A program made the translations under genes and the position numbers. The notes beneath the pieces were generated by a model. That model was not told the DNA's origin. It did no database searches and worked only from the letters and a program-made list of their open reading frames with translations. A stretch of 51,080 nucleotides of DNA from Octopus bimaculoides (Eukaryota), in the NCBI RefSeq assembly GCF_001194135.2, contig NC_068990.1:52003218-52054297 (forward strand), in the 5' to 3' direction. Below, one piece after another: positions 25,200 to 38,560 of the stretch. Position 1 is the first letter of the stretch. Every line of letters begins with the position of its first letter.

Positions 25200-25480
25200 T
25201 TTACATGGAAGGTAATCGTTCTCACAGAGACAATACTCTTCTGAATGCGTGTGAAGTACCAGCTAAAACAATCTTTTGCACTTCTTTTGTACTTGCAAGG
25301 ATAAACTAGGATCATTCTCAAAAAATGTTCAGTTCCTTTTTATCATTCCTGGTGCTCCTACAATCACTACTATTGTAACCGCCTTGATATGCCCCATTTT
25401 TTCTAAACTTCTCAAATTCTTTTGCCGAAATATGATCACAAGAGATATACTCATGTCGATCAATAAACAGATTTCATTGA
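25200..25480 (-). mobile_element. Second R4/Dong 3' fragment (RLE end)
   Basis: Minus-strand translation CLLIDMSI..KEFEK..IVVIVGAPG..AGTSHAFRRVLSL* parallels the C-terminus of the 20 kb element. Confidence 0.6.
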
Positions 25481-26569
25481 AAGTGAGAATGGAGAGGGAA
25501 GTGCTACCTCCACCCAGTATTTTTGCTGAAAGTTGGTGAGGATGAAATTGCTGGAATGTGGTGGCGATGGCTTCTACGAATTAAGAAGTAGGAGCAGCAG
25601 TAATACCATGTCTGAGCGGTAGCAGCATGTCCGAGAACTGATCATAAACCTGTAAACCTTAGCATTGAGTAAGTTTGCACCAGATTTCGTAAATTTCTCC
25701 AAAGAAGTTGAATTTTTAATGTTCTAAGATATTTCAGGGAAAAGCCCTTCCCCATAATTCTTTTGAACATAGTATTTTAGTAAAGTTACTAGCAAAGTTG
25801 TTGGCTCTTGTCTTCACCATTGTTGTAGAAACTGCGAAGACACAGGTATATCCATCACAACTTCCACCTCATGAGAAACATCCATGACTGTAGGTAATAT
25901 ACCTGGTTTTGGTCGGATTCTGATCCACTTGAATAAAACCAAAGACTTTAATAGAATCGACCCTAGTACATAACGGTAACCGTTTCTACGCAGACTTCAA
26001 AGACTGGATTGCCTTTTTATAAAGCGGGGAACTGGCTAAACAGTTACATATCAAGATCGATTTAATCGATCTTACCCTTCCAGCTTTGTGCCAATATTAG
26101 AAAGCAATATAAAACTTATTGGATAATACAGTTTTAGTACAGCGGATTCAATACTAAACAATATTTAAAGTCCTTTTATATCTTGAAACTCAAATCCTGG
26201 CGGAATTAATTTATCTTGGCCATATACCGGTGTCAGCAAACATTGTCTGGCGGTGTTCATTACATTTCAAATAACTAATGGCCTATCATATCTTAAATCA
26301 GCTTTTCATGCAGGATTTAATGAAAATTCGATTTTGATATATTGATTTCCATTAGGTGGGGATATCTGATGTTCCAACCTTTCAAATGACTACATTTTTA
26401 TTTTAACAGAGTTTACGTGTAGCATAACAATCCATATGATCTTTGAGGATGTCTAAATCATTTACGTTGTTCTGCTTTTCACCTATAACCAAAATTTAGA
26501 AAATTTAGTTTTAATACCATTCCAGAAAAAGATAGAGGAAGGCCTATTTTAAAACTCATTGCAGTTCAC

Positions 26570-28830
26570 AGTTGACCTCCACGGAAAGCCAAAAATCGGG
26601 AGGGTGGTATATTCCAGGGAAGGGACGGAGGGTACAGTAGCAACAATACACGGTAGCCTCGGAAGAGATATTCCCCTGGAAGTTTGTCATTTCTCACTGC
26701 AAACGCTCAAGCCTTCACATTCATTTCAAAATTGCAAACTGCACTCTCAATGAAGTGAGGACAGTGGTGGCAAAACAGGATCTGTTGCAGAACCATCCGA
26801 CATCACTTACAAGATTTACAAAAACTGCTTACTGTTGTTGAAGACGCTAGTAAGACTTTTACGAACGACCAGGAAGAAGAAAGAAATCTTGGCTCTGAAA
26901 ACTTACCTAGGGTTATTTTGTCTGAAAAGAAGAAAATTCAGCCGGACTTGATGAGTTTCGAGAGATTTTTTGGTCAATCAGTGACAAAATATTAACAACA
27001 TATCTACTCGCCGCCAAGAGCATTGATATGAGTATCAAAAAAGGGTATGCACATCACTAAGGAGGCAAAGAGGAATAACAACTCACTTTCAATGTTCTAG
27101 TTAGATCTCACCAAATCACTAAATGTACTTCACCAGCTAATCCAATGTACGTTAGAGTAGGATCAAATACCAGAAGCAGTAGTCAAGCTCACAATGTTGT
27201 ACATGGATTTGCTGAAGATGAGGCTCACCGTGGGAAATTTCATCACTAAGTAACAGAGACTTGAAAAAGCCATTATGGCAAGTTGTACAATATCCGTAGT
27301 CCTGCTATACATGGGAAGAAAACATGCTAGAGGTCCAGAAACTGATGATAATACAGGGTATCCATCCTGCAAAGCTTTCATGGATGACATAAAATTCACA
27401 GCACCATGAATCCGAGGATTACAGCGGGACCTCAGGTCTCATGTAAAGATGGGCACATGGTCATGTAAGAAATTCGATCCAGCGAAATTTAATAGCCAGA
27501 ATATCCTGAAAGTAAGGCTGACAAAAGCCAGCTGCTTGGGAGGATTAATGCGTGGTGCTTCTTGTATAGTACTGTATCCAAATTACAGTGACCACATGAC
27601 TTCACCGTGATACAGATGAAGAGATTGTGCTGTAAATTCTCCAGCATGTGGCCGGAACGTTTTCCCAACTTGGCTATACAACCTGTACAGCAAAATTTTC
27701 AAAGTTCTGTTTACCAATTCCAAAGAATCTAAGGTAAGAGCATTCTATACATTGACAAAATCAGACATGCCAACAAGACCATAAAGATTGGCAGGAAATG
27801 GAGACCCCAGGAAGCAGTAAAGGAAGCGGAAACGTACTGGAAGAGTCCAGAGATTGTTGGAGTACTCTCTCAAGAACGGCTAGGACAACTAGGACTACAG
27901 CGCCTAGAGCAGTACTAATGCAAGCAGCAAGACAGGGTTCATGGTGCAGAACACAGTAGGATCAGATACTTCAGTTGGGAGGAAACCTTGGTGTACTAAC
28001 TGGGGGAAATTGTCTTTCCATATGTTGTCGCTCTCTTTTTGCTATCCCCAAATAACCTTAAAATTGAGACAAAGAAAACGACTTATCCAGCAAACAATAT
28101 GGCGCAGCGTTTTGAAATCTGAATCACGTTATGAATCACGTTATACCCCAGAGCAATAGGAGAAAACCGATACAAGAAGAGGTACAACAAGGTCATTATA
28201 GAAATTGTCAAATAGACAGGCCAGCAAACAACAGGTATTACCACCCAAAGGTATCAGATTCCTAAGAACAGGTGATAAAACTCCGAAATTTAAAGCAGTT
28301 GTGGGGGACCCATTTTCTATTTTGAATTAAACCTCAGACTGAGAGATGCAAATGAATTTGTAAGACACTCATCTTTCTAGAGAAAATGGGAGTAACAACG
28401 CTCAAACCAGACATATTCCTTCTATCCAGGAGTGAATAAACAAAAATTGTGGTTGAATTCAGTGTGCCTTGAGAAGACAAACTTGACATTTCTTAAGAAA
28501 GCCAAATATTAGGACTTAGTTGATGATACCTTATCAACGGATGGAACTCAGCCTCATTACCCTTGAAGTCGGTTACCACTGTTTTCCAGCATAGATTGGT
28601 GCACTGTTGCCTGCATAAGTTTGGAATCCAAACAACGGGAGAAGCCACCAAGAAGATAGCTGTGCGTGACAGCTAAGAGTAGTTCACAGTAGCTGTGGTT
28701 GACAAGAGACCCCCAGATAGAACCCTTCTGTAGGCGAAGGCAACTTCAGTTCTCACTGCTCCGCTCAGGTGAAGCGTACAGGCTGTGGGGAGAAATGACC
28801 TTAATAAACCTACGAAAGCGTTCCCAGCAT
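26570..28830 (+). mobile_element. Degraded RLE-type non-LTR retrotransposon (Hero-like)
   Basis: Fragments: SVAEPSDITYKIYKNC, KEENSAGLDEFR, KAFMDD, IGRKWRPQEAVKEAE..IVG, KPDIFLLS..VEFSVP*E. The clade name is from recall. Confidence 0.75.
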
Positions 28831-29689
28831 TACAATAACTGCAGTAATCTTCAAAAGAGTTTGCAACAACCTTAAGTTGTCCCTGCAGTTTCTTGTGTTT
28901 ATGTCACTACTTCAATCAATGAATAGTTGACATAAATGATATTATAATGATATTATAATAATTCACTTTACTACGCTTTGCTCTGTAATGATTGAGCATT
29001 AGGAAAAGGTCAAATGTTTCTGCTATTAGCACAACTTTAATGCTGGAAATTCTAACCAGAAATTCCAGCAGTTTTCAGCAAACATTCCTTTCAACCATTC
29101 ACCTTTATATCTTTTGTCGATGACAGAAATAGCTAGACGAAATCGTTCGTCTTTTCACTTCAGATAGATCACCAAACTTTTCATAGAAAATAAGAATACC
29201 GAAATGAACTTTTAGTGACATATTGCATTCCAAGGATTGGTAGGTTCAGAACAAATAATATACAGTCTGCTTATAGTTATCTACCTAACTCTCCACTAGA
29301 AAGTCCTGGGATGATTTTTAAAGGAAATTCGGACGAATTTGTGGTCAAGAATCAGTTTCGATATTTTATGACCAATTAAGTCCCCACTTCCTTGATTTTG
29401 ACATAAGTGATTGAGAATCTTGTATTGGGAAAAGAAGACGCTGAAGAATCCCTATCGCACCGCTAGCCAAAATGAACTGCTACAAATTGCTAGATAGATA
29501 ATGGAAGTAGAATGAGCTCTTTTGGAGGTACCAATGAAGAATATTTAATATTATAACGACTTGATATCATAGTAACATGACATGTGCATATGCAACCCTT
29601 TTTTCTTCACTGATGCCGCAGCTCTAGTAGCTAATTATCTAAAAATAGAAAGAAAATTACATATTTTGAATGTTGACGACAATTGAACA

Positions 29690-29978
29690 GCTGTCAGGTC
29701 TATCAATAAATGTAAAATAAGACTGAAGTCATGTATCAGCCTCTAAACTTGGAGTGCTAGAACATGAACCTCCGAACATCATGTCCGCGAGTCAGCCTCT
29801 AAAGTGTGATGAAGAAGTTTACATATTTTGGAAATACGATTCCTGATAACAACAATCTGGATGTTGGTCGTTTTAGGGAACTCAGTGATCGACTGTGGAA
29901 ACAACGGGATATAAATCTTTCGACAAAATATAGTTTACTGTGCAACAAGAGCAGCAATAGCAACAGCGACAGCAACAA

Positions 29979-30041
<63 letters not shown>

Positions 30042-30330
30042 CGGCAGCAGCAATAGCAGACCACCAGTTATTCGGCTTAGACTTATTTGTCAAAAAGTTA
30101 ATGAGCTGTTAGTTGTGCCAGTTACGATCTATGAAGAACACTTCTTAACGAGGCCATATCTCCAACCAGGAGATCTCAATAACGTGCAAATATGCCTAGT
30201 GTTGAGTCTATCCTGTTGAAATTGCAGCTGCATTGGGTAGGATACGAGATCCGTGTTAGAAAGCACAATGATCTCCAAGACCGCCCTACGGTAAGTTGAA
30301 ATGTGGAAAAGGATACTCAAAACTTTATTA
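29690..30330 (+). mobile_element. RTE-clade LINE 3' fragment interrupted by (AGC/AGT)n
   Basis: TEVMYQP, KFTYFGN, LSDRLWKQRDINLSTK, PSVESILLKLQLHWVG. Confidence 0.7.
29945..30058. repeat. (AGC/AGT)n microsatellite
   Basis: Direct observation. Confidence 0.95.
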
Positions 30331-31714
30331 TAAGAATATCATCAACAAAATCCCAATGAAACGGTTGGTTCCATTGTGACCGCATGAGAGAAGACAGAGA
30401 CTGACCGTAATAAAGGAAGGTATAAACGTTGGAGAATCGAACTACACAAGACAACAAAAACAAAAGAGAAAGAAAGCTAGAACAAGATGAACAATACCGG
30501 GTCCTTCGAAAATATTCCGCAATATCTACTGTCATGGTGGTACTTCCACATTTGGCCTAAAGTAACAAAAGTGAAAACAAAAATTTGTGAATAATATTTT
30601 TTGTTTATATTTGAAAAAAACATTCTTTTCTGCTATCAGTTTGTTCTCGACTACAAGAAAGAGGTGGGTGGGAGAATGCAGTCTATAATGGTAGTTAATT
30701 AATGTTAATTCAAAGCATATCAGAAGTTTTCTGTGTGATTACTGCACGTATTTAAAATGGACAGAAGATAATGATGTAATATGCAAATAGCGCCATTTAC
30801 AAACAAACCATGTCAACACAAATCTTTAAATAGATTTAAACCAATCAGGAGAGATTACATTGAAATCTCTGAATAAATTGCAATTTGTCGTAGAGATTTA
30901 TTTAAAGATTATTATTATCATCATCATCATCATCATCATCATTATTATTATTATCTTGTATATGGGTTTAGGGACAGGAATGCGAATTTCATAAACTGTA
31001 TTGATGACAAGGAAAAAATCGAGATTGGATTCATGATCGGATGATTTCAATTAATAAGTTATTCAGTAACTAACTTTTGAATCGTTTTCTTTGTTGAAGA
31101 AAGTAATCAGTCACTAGGGCAATGATAGCCGAGTGGATAGGTTTACAGACAAACAAACAAGAGATCACAGGTTAATGTTTTTTCTCGCATTTATTGTTCA
31201 GATGTTTGGTTCTGGTTGTGTCGAAATATTGGTTCCATCTTCACTTGTGTTGGTTATTGCCTAAAGATTCACGTTTCTACATATCGGTTGCCTACTTTCC
31301 AAATTTCCTTTAGGTATGGCCAGTCCATCGAGGCTGATAATGCTAAATCATGGTTTCGATACAGAATTTATTGGCTTCCATGGAGGTGCTGACATTTCTC
31401 CGTCTGTTCTGTCACTGTATATTCTTAAGTTTCAAATACAGCTGAGATTAAAGGAAAGAGCAGAAAACCAGTTACGTCTCCCTGCTAAACTTCACTTCTT
31501 GCAGTAAACTGTTGTGGAAGTCTGGCTTCCAACTTTAGCTTTCATATTGTGCGGGAGCAGAAGCTGTGTAATTTCAATGAATTTCTGTAAATAGTGCTTC
31601 AATATTTAAGAATCGACTGCTTTAACAGGATCATAGAAAACCATGTACAACAGTTAGTTAACTTTTCTTGTAGCTGGAGAGAGAGGGTCATATTAGTTGC
31701 ATCTATGTTGTTGT

Positions 31715-31912
31715 TTGTTCTTTGTTCCTTCTCGAACCATGCCTGCTAGATGCAGGAGGAAAGAGTGAGAGAAAGTTGTGGCGAAAGTGTCAGCAGAAGT
31801 TTGCCTTTACCTTCTACCGGAGCCGCGTGGAGTTTCGCCCAGTTTGAGATTCGAACCCTCGATCACTCGACTGCGAGTCCGCTGCTCTAACCACTAGCTC
31901 ATGTGCCTCTAC
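31715..31912 (-). mobile_element. tRNA-derived SINE, family D, inserted in the RTE
   Basis: Head gagctagtggttagagcagcggactcgcagtc..ggttcgaatctc with A and B boxes. Confidence 0.75.
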
Positions 31913-32610
31913 AGTTATATCTATAGGAGGTTGAAAACCAGATTGAGATGGGTCAATGTGTCACCTATTAGGAGTTGAGTGAGGTGAGCAGAATTCGAAA
32001 CAGAATTTTTACCAGCAGTTGGTAAAAGCAAGATTCCGCTGTGGCTGCCATAATATGATTTGCTTCTCTAGGAGTTAGCAATAATGGTTGCTCCTCTGAG
32101 ACCTGCTGGTATCTCTTCTCGCGTCTAGATTAGCATTAACGGTGTAGGGAGCTTTGTTACAAGTATTTCAGTCTCAGGTTAATATATCTCAACCAAAATA
32201 TCATAGGATCGAGTGCTTTTTTTCAGAGAATTGATTGTTTTTTTTTTTCTAAATGTTGGACATTGACCTGTCCAGAGATCGTTGACTTGTAGAGGCACAA
32301 TTCAGCAACTGTTCGAGTGACGGCTGCTAGTTTCTTTACGTTATGGCGAGAATCGTGACAACCTCTGTGAGAATGGACTAGCCGAAATCGTATAAGTAGT
32401 TGCGTGTTTGACTGAGAGCGAGAGATGAGAAACCGCAGGAAGTCGAAAGGTGCCGTTCGTAAGTTCGAGGAGTCGCAGGAAATTGTTGAGAAGTTGTTAT
32501 AGTTCGTTGAGAGTTGTTTTGGATTGGTTACAGTTGTTGACAGAGTATTTGGGAATACATCAAGTGGAGACAGCTGGTGTCTATCCCGTTCCGTGGTACT
32601 ATATATCACA

Positions 32611-32745
32611 CTATTCCGCCAAGGTCGACTTTGCCTTTCATCCTTCGGAGTCGATAAATTAAGCACCAGTTGCATACTGGGGTTGATCTAATCGACTGGC
32701 CCCCTTCCCAAAAGATTTTGGGCCTTCTGGCTAGAGTAGAAAAGA
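32611..32745 (+). mobile_element. 5'-truncated family A SINE with 13-bp target-site duplication
   Basis: actatatatcaca at 32598-32610 and 32746-32758 flanks the SINE 3' half. Confidence 0.85.
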
Positions 32746-33714
32746 ACTATATATCACATTGTATTAGTGCACGACACCAAGGTGCCATGTACAGAAACCA
32801 CAAAGTTAAAAGAATTATAAAACCATAAAGTTATAAAACTTTATAGGTCTATATCGCCTTTAGACCCGAAAGATGTTGAATATGTTATACTAGAACTGAG
32901 GTGCCTCAATCGCGGTGAATAAAACTCTTATGTCATGCATGTCAACTAGTTTCAGGATTTCAAGTATTCCAACCTGCAGCCAATTGTTCATCATTGCTAC
33001 GGAAGAATCTTTTTCTTTGGAGCTGCATTGCTTACAAGCAATCTTTCTCCTACGCTCATGATTTTTGTTCTTTTGTGAGATGTGAAAACTGCTCTTTTTT
33101 TTTTTTTTTGGATGATCAGCCTCTTGGTTTAAGCGTTGTTCTCATCAAACCAGTCTTAGGTTTGACTTGAGTTTCATATGAAATACTAGGACTCCTGATA
33201 AGCTACAGAGATGCCTGCTTTTAGAGCACACCGTATGTTTTCAGCGATGTTATAAGGTTCCAGACAAATTGAGGATGGTTTTTCATCCAAATTCTGCTGA
33301 AATTGTTACACTTTTGCTTGATCTGAGATCCAGTGTTGATTTTCCGCTATCAACGCTACGTATGTAGCAGATGCTTTTTTATCCTCCCTCACCTCGATCC
33401 TCTGCTTCCAAAATAAACTGCGACATTTCAGGACGTGTTACACAAAAATGTTTGTAGTCGTATTTCTTTTTCTTTTGTTTATTTTTTTTTGTTGCTGTTG
33501 TTGTTCTTTCTCATGATGATTTTTCTATTAATGGTGAATCTAATGGAGAATCTGTTTTGTCTTTTATACTTCCAAGGGCGATAAAGTAAAAACTTGTCAT
33601 GTCCAGACAATCGATATAATTGACTGTACCCGTGCTTTATAGTTTGTCATCCTATGTATCACTAAAGGCAGTGAATCAGAAAAGAGAACAGAGACTAATT
33701 GATTGCCCAGCAAT

Positions 33715-33840
33715 ATTCAGTTACTCTACGTTCTAAGTTCAAATCTTGTCGACATCAATTTTACGTTTCATCCTTCTGAAATTAATAAAATAAATACAAG
33801 TACTGGATCAATATAATTGATCTAATCTTCTTTCAAAATT
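33715..33840 (+). mobile_element. Family A SINE fragment
   Basis: ctacgttctaagttcaaatc..gtcgac..ttcatccttc..aagtact..tcttcaaaatttc. Confidence 0.6.
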
Positions 33841-33929
33841 TCCGATCTAACTTGTACACGTGTCAGAAATAATTGGTGATAATCATTTTATTTCAGTGAT
33901 TCTTGATGCGGTAATTTAAATGTGGTCGT

Positions 33930-34020
33930 TATCACTGTTGTTGTTGTTATTGTTGTTGTTGTTGTTGTTGTTGCTGTTGCTGTTGTTGCTGCCGCTGTTG
34001 ATGTTTTGTTGATGTCATTA
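33930..34020. repeat. (TTG)n microsatellite
   Basis: Direct observation. Confidence 0.9.
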
Positions 34021-34499
34021 TTTTTCGTTTTTATTTTTGTTGATATTATTATTCGTTTGGCAAACATCAACTGACTGAGTTGAAGACATAATATTTAATG
34101 ATAATTAGCATTTAATCTAAATAAACACAAGCGAAAGCCTTTTTAAATACTTGTTGGAAATCATAAGAATAACAGACGTACGCAAGAATGAATGGATAGG
34201 CTTAATTTATTCCATTAGCATGTTCTAATTAAATGTTCTTAAGTATTACCAAATTGGTGCATTTCCCCAGTCTTTTTCTCCTTCCTTTAATAAACACCTC
34301 TCTCTCTTTCCCTCCTCTCTCTTTCCTATACAAAATCGGTCTCCTGAATCCAAATATAACCTTTTTGAGCTATCAGATCTAGTTTTTAAGTTATTGAACA
34401 TCCCTATAGTCACTATGTATATGTGCACATCCAGTACGCAGTGTTCGTTATCTTGTTCTAATTCTATTTTTTTTTTCTTTTTCCATATTTTTTAGATGT

Positions 34500-36419
34500 T
34501 ATGGTGAACTAAGCAATAGAAAATGAGCAAGATGTCCTCTTTAAAAAAAGTGTTGCGTTAATTCTCCAAATGTGTTTTGTTAAGTTTGTGGAGAATACAC
34601 ATTATCTGAAAATCGAAAAGACATCGCTGATTTTGTTGAAAGAGTGTATATGGCATATTTTGGGGTCAAGCTGGGAGTCCAAGATAAATATTGGGCACCG
34701 CATAGTGTCTGCATACAATGTACAGAATATTTGCAACAATGGACTAAAGGGACAAGCAAAAGTATGAGGTCTACTATACCAATGGTATGACGGGAGCCCT
34801 ATAATCACGTGGACGACTGCTATTTTTGTAACCTAAATTTGAAGGGCATTAACCGGAAAAATCGACAAAACACTTGCCTATTCTAATCTTGCCTCTGCTA
34901 TTAGACTGGTTCCACATAGTGAAACGCTTCCTGTTCCTGTCTTCAATGTCTTGCCTCAGATAACTTTACCCTTAACCAAAAAAGATTCACCACCTGAAGA
35001 AGACACTAGAGATCAAGGCTTTTCAGTTGAGACTTTACCTCAGCTATTCTCGAGATAGAGTTGAATGATCTAGTTCATGACTTGAACTGCCTAAAAAATT
35101 CTGAAGAGCTGTTGGCTTCTCGACTGAAAGAGAAAAATCTTCAAGAGAATGGTGTCCGTATAACATTTTATCGGAGTCAGTATGAAGAGTTCCTTTCTTT
35201 TTTCACAAAAGAGGAAGAGCTGGTTTGCTGCAGAGATGTCAGTGAGCTTCTTAATAAACTTGGCATTGAGGAATACAAATCAGAAGAATGGCGTCTTTTC
35301 AAAGACAGCTCTAAGCGTAATTTGAAATGTGAATTGTTGCACAACGGAAATCTGTATGGCTCTGTCCCACTCGGCCACTCAACAACTCTGAAGGAAAAAT
35401 ATGAAGAAATTAAGTTGGTTTTAGAGAAGATACTGTATCATGATCATAAATGGGTCATCTGCGTTGACTTAAAGATGGTGAATTTTCTCATGAGACAACA
35501 ATCTGGTTATACCAAATACCCATGCTTTGTTTGCATATGGGACAGTAGAGACCAAGGAAACCACTATGTTAAGAAAGACTGGCAGCCTCAAACAAATATG
35601 ACTCCATGTAGAGCTGCCAAATATATTGGAAAAACCTTTAGTTGAGCGAGATAAGATCATTTTCCCCCCTTTGCAGATCAAACTCGGATTGATCAAGCAA
35701 TTCGTCAAAGCTCTTAATAAAAATAGAGAATGTTTCAAGTATACCTGCAGTGTATTTCCAGACTTGACGATTGAAAAACTTAAAGCAGGGATTTTTGATG
35801 GACTACAGATCCGTAAGCTCTTGAAGGACACAAATTTCGTGAAAGTAATTAGTGAAAATGAAGCATCTGCTTGGCTAGTCTTTGCAGAAGTAGTGCAAAA
35901 TTTCCTTGAGAAACACAAAAGTGAAAACTATAAAGACCTTGTTGCCAACTTGATATCAACTTTTTGTGATACTGGCGCGAATATGAGCATCAAAATGCAT
36001 TATCTTTTTAGTCATCTTGATTGTTTTCCTGAAAATCTCGGAAATGTTAGTGTGGGACGCTGTGGTGATGGCAGACTATTGCTGGTATTTAAAACGAGAT
36101 ACTCCTGTTGCTCAACATTCACGGTGCACAAAGAAGCGCAAATTTATTGCTTGAATTTTCTGCCAAAAATCTTTGCCAATGTGGATTTTCAATTTTCAAT
36201 TTTTATTTGTACGTTTTGTTTTTTATTACGTTCTCTTTATTTATTCATACTGCATGCCTTTTGTATGGATAAAATACTTACTCTATCAGGTTTAGTCCGA
36301 AGACTAGACCTGATAGAGAAAAACTGAAGTTAGTTTTGAATTGAGCAAGTAAAATCACTTGAGAATTTGTTGAAATATTCAAGGCACCAGACAAATTTTT
36401 GTTTTGTTGTTGCCCAGTG
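34500..36419 (+). mobile_element. Chapaev3-like (CMC) DNA transposon, decayed transposase
   Basis: N-terminal Zn motifs C..CGEYT..YFGVKLG.QDK.WAPH.VC..C and REP.NHVDDCYFC; core ICVDLKMVNFL..QQSGYTKYPCF, QIKLGLIKQFVKAL, MSIKMHYLFSHLD, WDAVVMADYCW. A plausible 3' terminus CAGTG lies at 36415-36419; no matching 5' end was found. Confidence 0.8.
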
Positions 36420-36499
36420 TAATAACAGCAATATCACGATCGATTCACCTAATACTACCCTAGCCACTACCAGCACTGCCTCATCTCACTCTCCAATTA

Positions 36500-36900
36500 A
36501 CCATCGTAGAGCTGATAACTGCAACTCCAGATCCGGACAACCTGCCCGATGCAAGCCCAATGTAGAAGAATCAACGTCGTATACCAATGCACCGTTCACA
36601 ACATAGCAAATAATTCCTATAGCTACTACACTGGATCTACTACAAATTTTAAACAAAGATATTATGCACATTTAAACTCGCTTAAGTATAAAGAGAATAG
36701 TAATTCTACATCACTAATTAACAGAAAAATACAATATAAACTCTCCTGCGTTATAATAGACTCAGGTATCCCGCATCAGGGCCAACACTCCACTTGTGGA
36801 CTCTGCTTGAAAAAACCCTCAAAGTTTTAACCCATGACTCACCACAATTGCTTAATAAACACAACGAAGTCTTCCGCACTTTTAAATTTTCATAAATCTA
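36500..36900 (+). mobile_element. PLE-4: GIY-YIG 3' fragment
   Basis: CPMQAQCRRINVVYQCTV..YYTGSTTNFKQRYYAHLNSLKY..NSTSL..CGLCL. Confidence 0.75.
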
Positions 36901-36989
36901 AATGTTAGTTTACCCCCCCCCCCCCCCGAATAACACCCACATACAAATATGTATATAAACACATCATATATATATATATATATAAATAT

Positions 36990-37310
36990 GATGTGTTGTG
37001 GATTAATGGAGAGGAATCCCATAAAACTTAATCTTTTTATAAATGGAGGAGAGATGTTAAAATATATAAGAGAATTTTAATTCATGCAGACGATCGTTTC
37101 GTACAGAGATATAAAAATCAAGCAAATTCATGGTTGAATTGAATTAATCAAATTAATTATATATCACTGTACTATCCAGTGCAAGAAGTATAAACAAACC
37201 TTTTACAAAGGACTTAAGAAAGGAAATAGCAGAATAGAAAGTAGATTTTATTTATCCTTATGAGAAAAAGTGATGTGAGTCCAGTTAGGTATTAACTATA
37301 ACTAAAGGCT
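36990..37310 (-). mobile_element. pLTR fragment of the PLE-1 family with a core-mutated HHR (37085-37183)
   Basis: Colinear with 6100-6250 plus 6660-6860. Reads TGCA CTGGATA GTACAG..CTGTAC GAAAC GATC GTC TGCA. Confidence 0.75.
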
Positions 37311-37317
37311 ATAAGGT

Positions 37318-37367
<50 letters not shown>

Positions 37368-37369
37368 TT

Positions 37370-38560
37370 CACTTAATTTTGGCTTACCGATATACTTCCA
37401 AGCTTCTTCATTCACAATATCACTTCCCGTATCTAACTGCATTTTTACTCATATTTTCAGTTTTCATATTTACGAATTTTCTCTTTGTCACATTACCATT
37501 TTCTTTCGACGATATTTTGTTTACTATTTTTCCTTTGTTCCAACGTTTTGTCATCTTGGTTTTACAGTGTCCAATTTTTCCACAACGGAAACATTCCACT
37601 TTCTTAAATGGGCATTTTTTCTTAGGTGTAGACCTCCACGTGCAAAACATGGATTTGTTTCCTGACTTTTGTCCTGTTTGTACTGCATTTTAGTACACAC
37701 TTGATTTCTATTCTGCCCTGTTTTGTATTTTCCGACGCATTTGTTTGATTTGAGAGTAATCCTTATGTTCAATGTTCTCTGTGTCGTGCCTAAGATTTAC
37801 TATTCTTTCACACTCTTCTGACACCTGTTGCAAGGTTATAGCTTGGTTTTGTTCCAGCTTAACGAGAATTCTTGTTCTTACTTCTGCGCCTTTTTCTGCT
37901 GTTAGTTCCTGAGTAAATATCAGGCACTTGAACATGTCTGGCGTTAACTCACCCAATTTGAACTTTTCACATTCTCTGTTAACTCTACCAGCATATGTAA
38001 TGTAGTCCTCCTCGGTGTTCTTTTCTAGGTTCAAGCATTTCCAGCGTGTATTGAACTAAGAGCTTTTCTCGCTAAAGATTTTACACAATATGTCTATTGT
38101 ATTTCTAAAGTTTGTCAGAAGGTTTTTTTCGAGAGTACGTAATTGCTGTAACACTCATGTTCTCCTGCTGCCAGTTTTCTTAGTATTAAATGCGTTTTCA
38201 TATCGTCGTCTCAAATTTTGCACTCTTTATTGAAGATCTGTTCGTATCTTCTATAGTATGCCTTGAAGGTAACTCCTTCGTCTGGTTCATACTTAAATCC
38301 CGTTATTGATTTTGCAACATAATCTGGCGAGAAAATCTTTTCAGCATTTTTGGACAACTTACTAGTCATTAATTGCAGCATTTGTTGCTGTAATAGTAAT
38401 TTTTGTTGTTGTTCTTGCAGTTGTTGCTGTTTTTTGCAACTCGAGCAAACCGGCCAACTATTCTTCCATAATTTTACGATTTTGTATACCTTAAAATTCG
38501 CATAAAAGCTTGTCCCTTTGTTTAATCTTCGAGAGTTTGTTAATTTCCCATCGCCACTAT
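37370..38560 (-). mobile_element. Gypsy (Mag-like) gag remnant, truncated before pol
   Basis: ITGFKYEPDEGVTFKAYYRRYE, EEDYITYAGRVNRECEKF, FKCLIF..EVRTRILVKLE, zinc knuckle CPFKKVECFRCGKIGHC. PBS-like tggcgatggga at 38546-38556. Confidence 0.85.

Larger units (their letters stand above)
31300..33400 (-). mobile_element. Fragmented RTE-clade LINE with nested insertions
   Basis: In order on the minus strand: DWFDENN (~33150), YGSHSGILLLPTAGK/ILFRILL (~32000), LYMVFYDPVKAVD..HNMKAKV (~31600). Confidence 0.7.

Noticed and set aside
8369-30064. ORFs made of VCVC, THTH, poly-L, poly-S or poly-Y
   Set aside because: They are translations of microsatellites.
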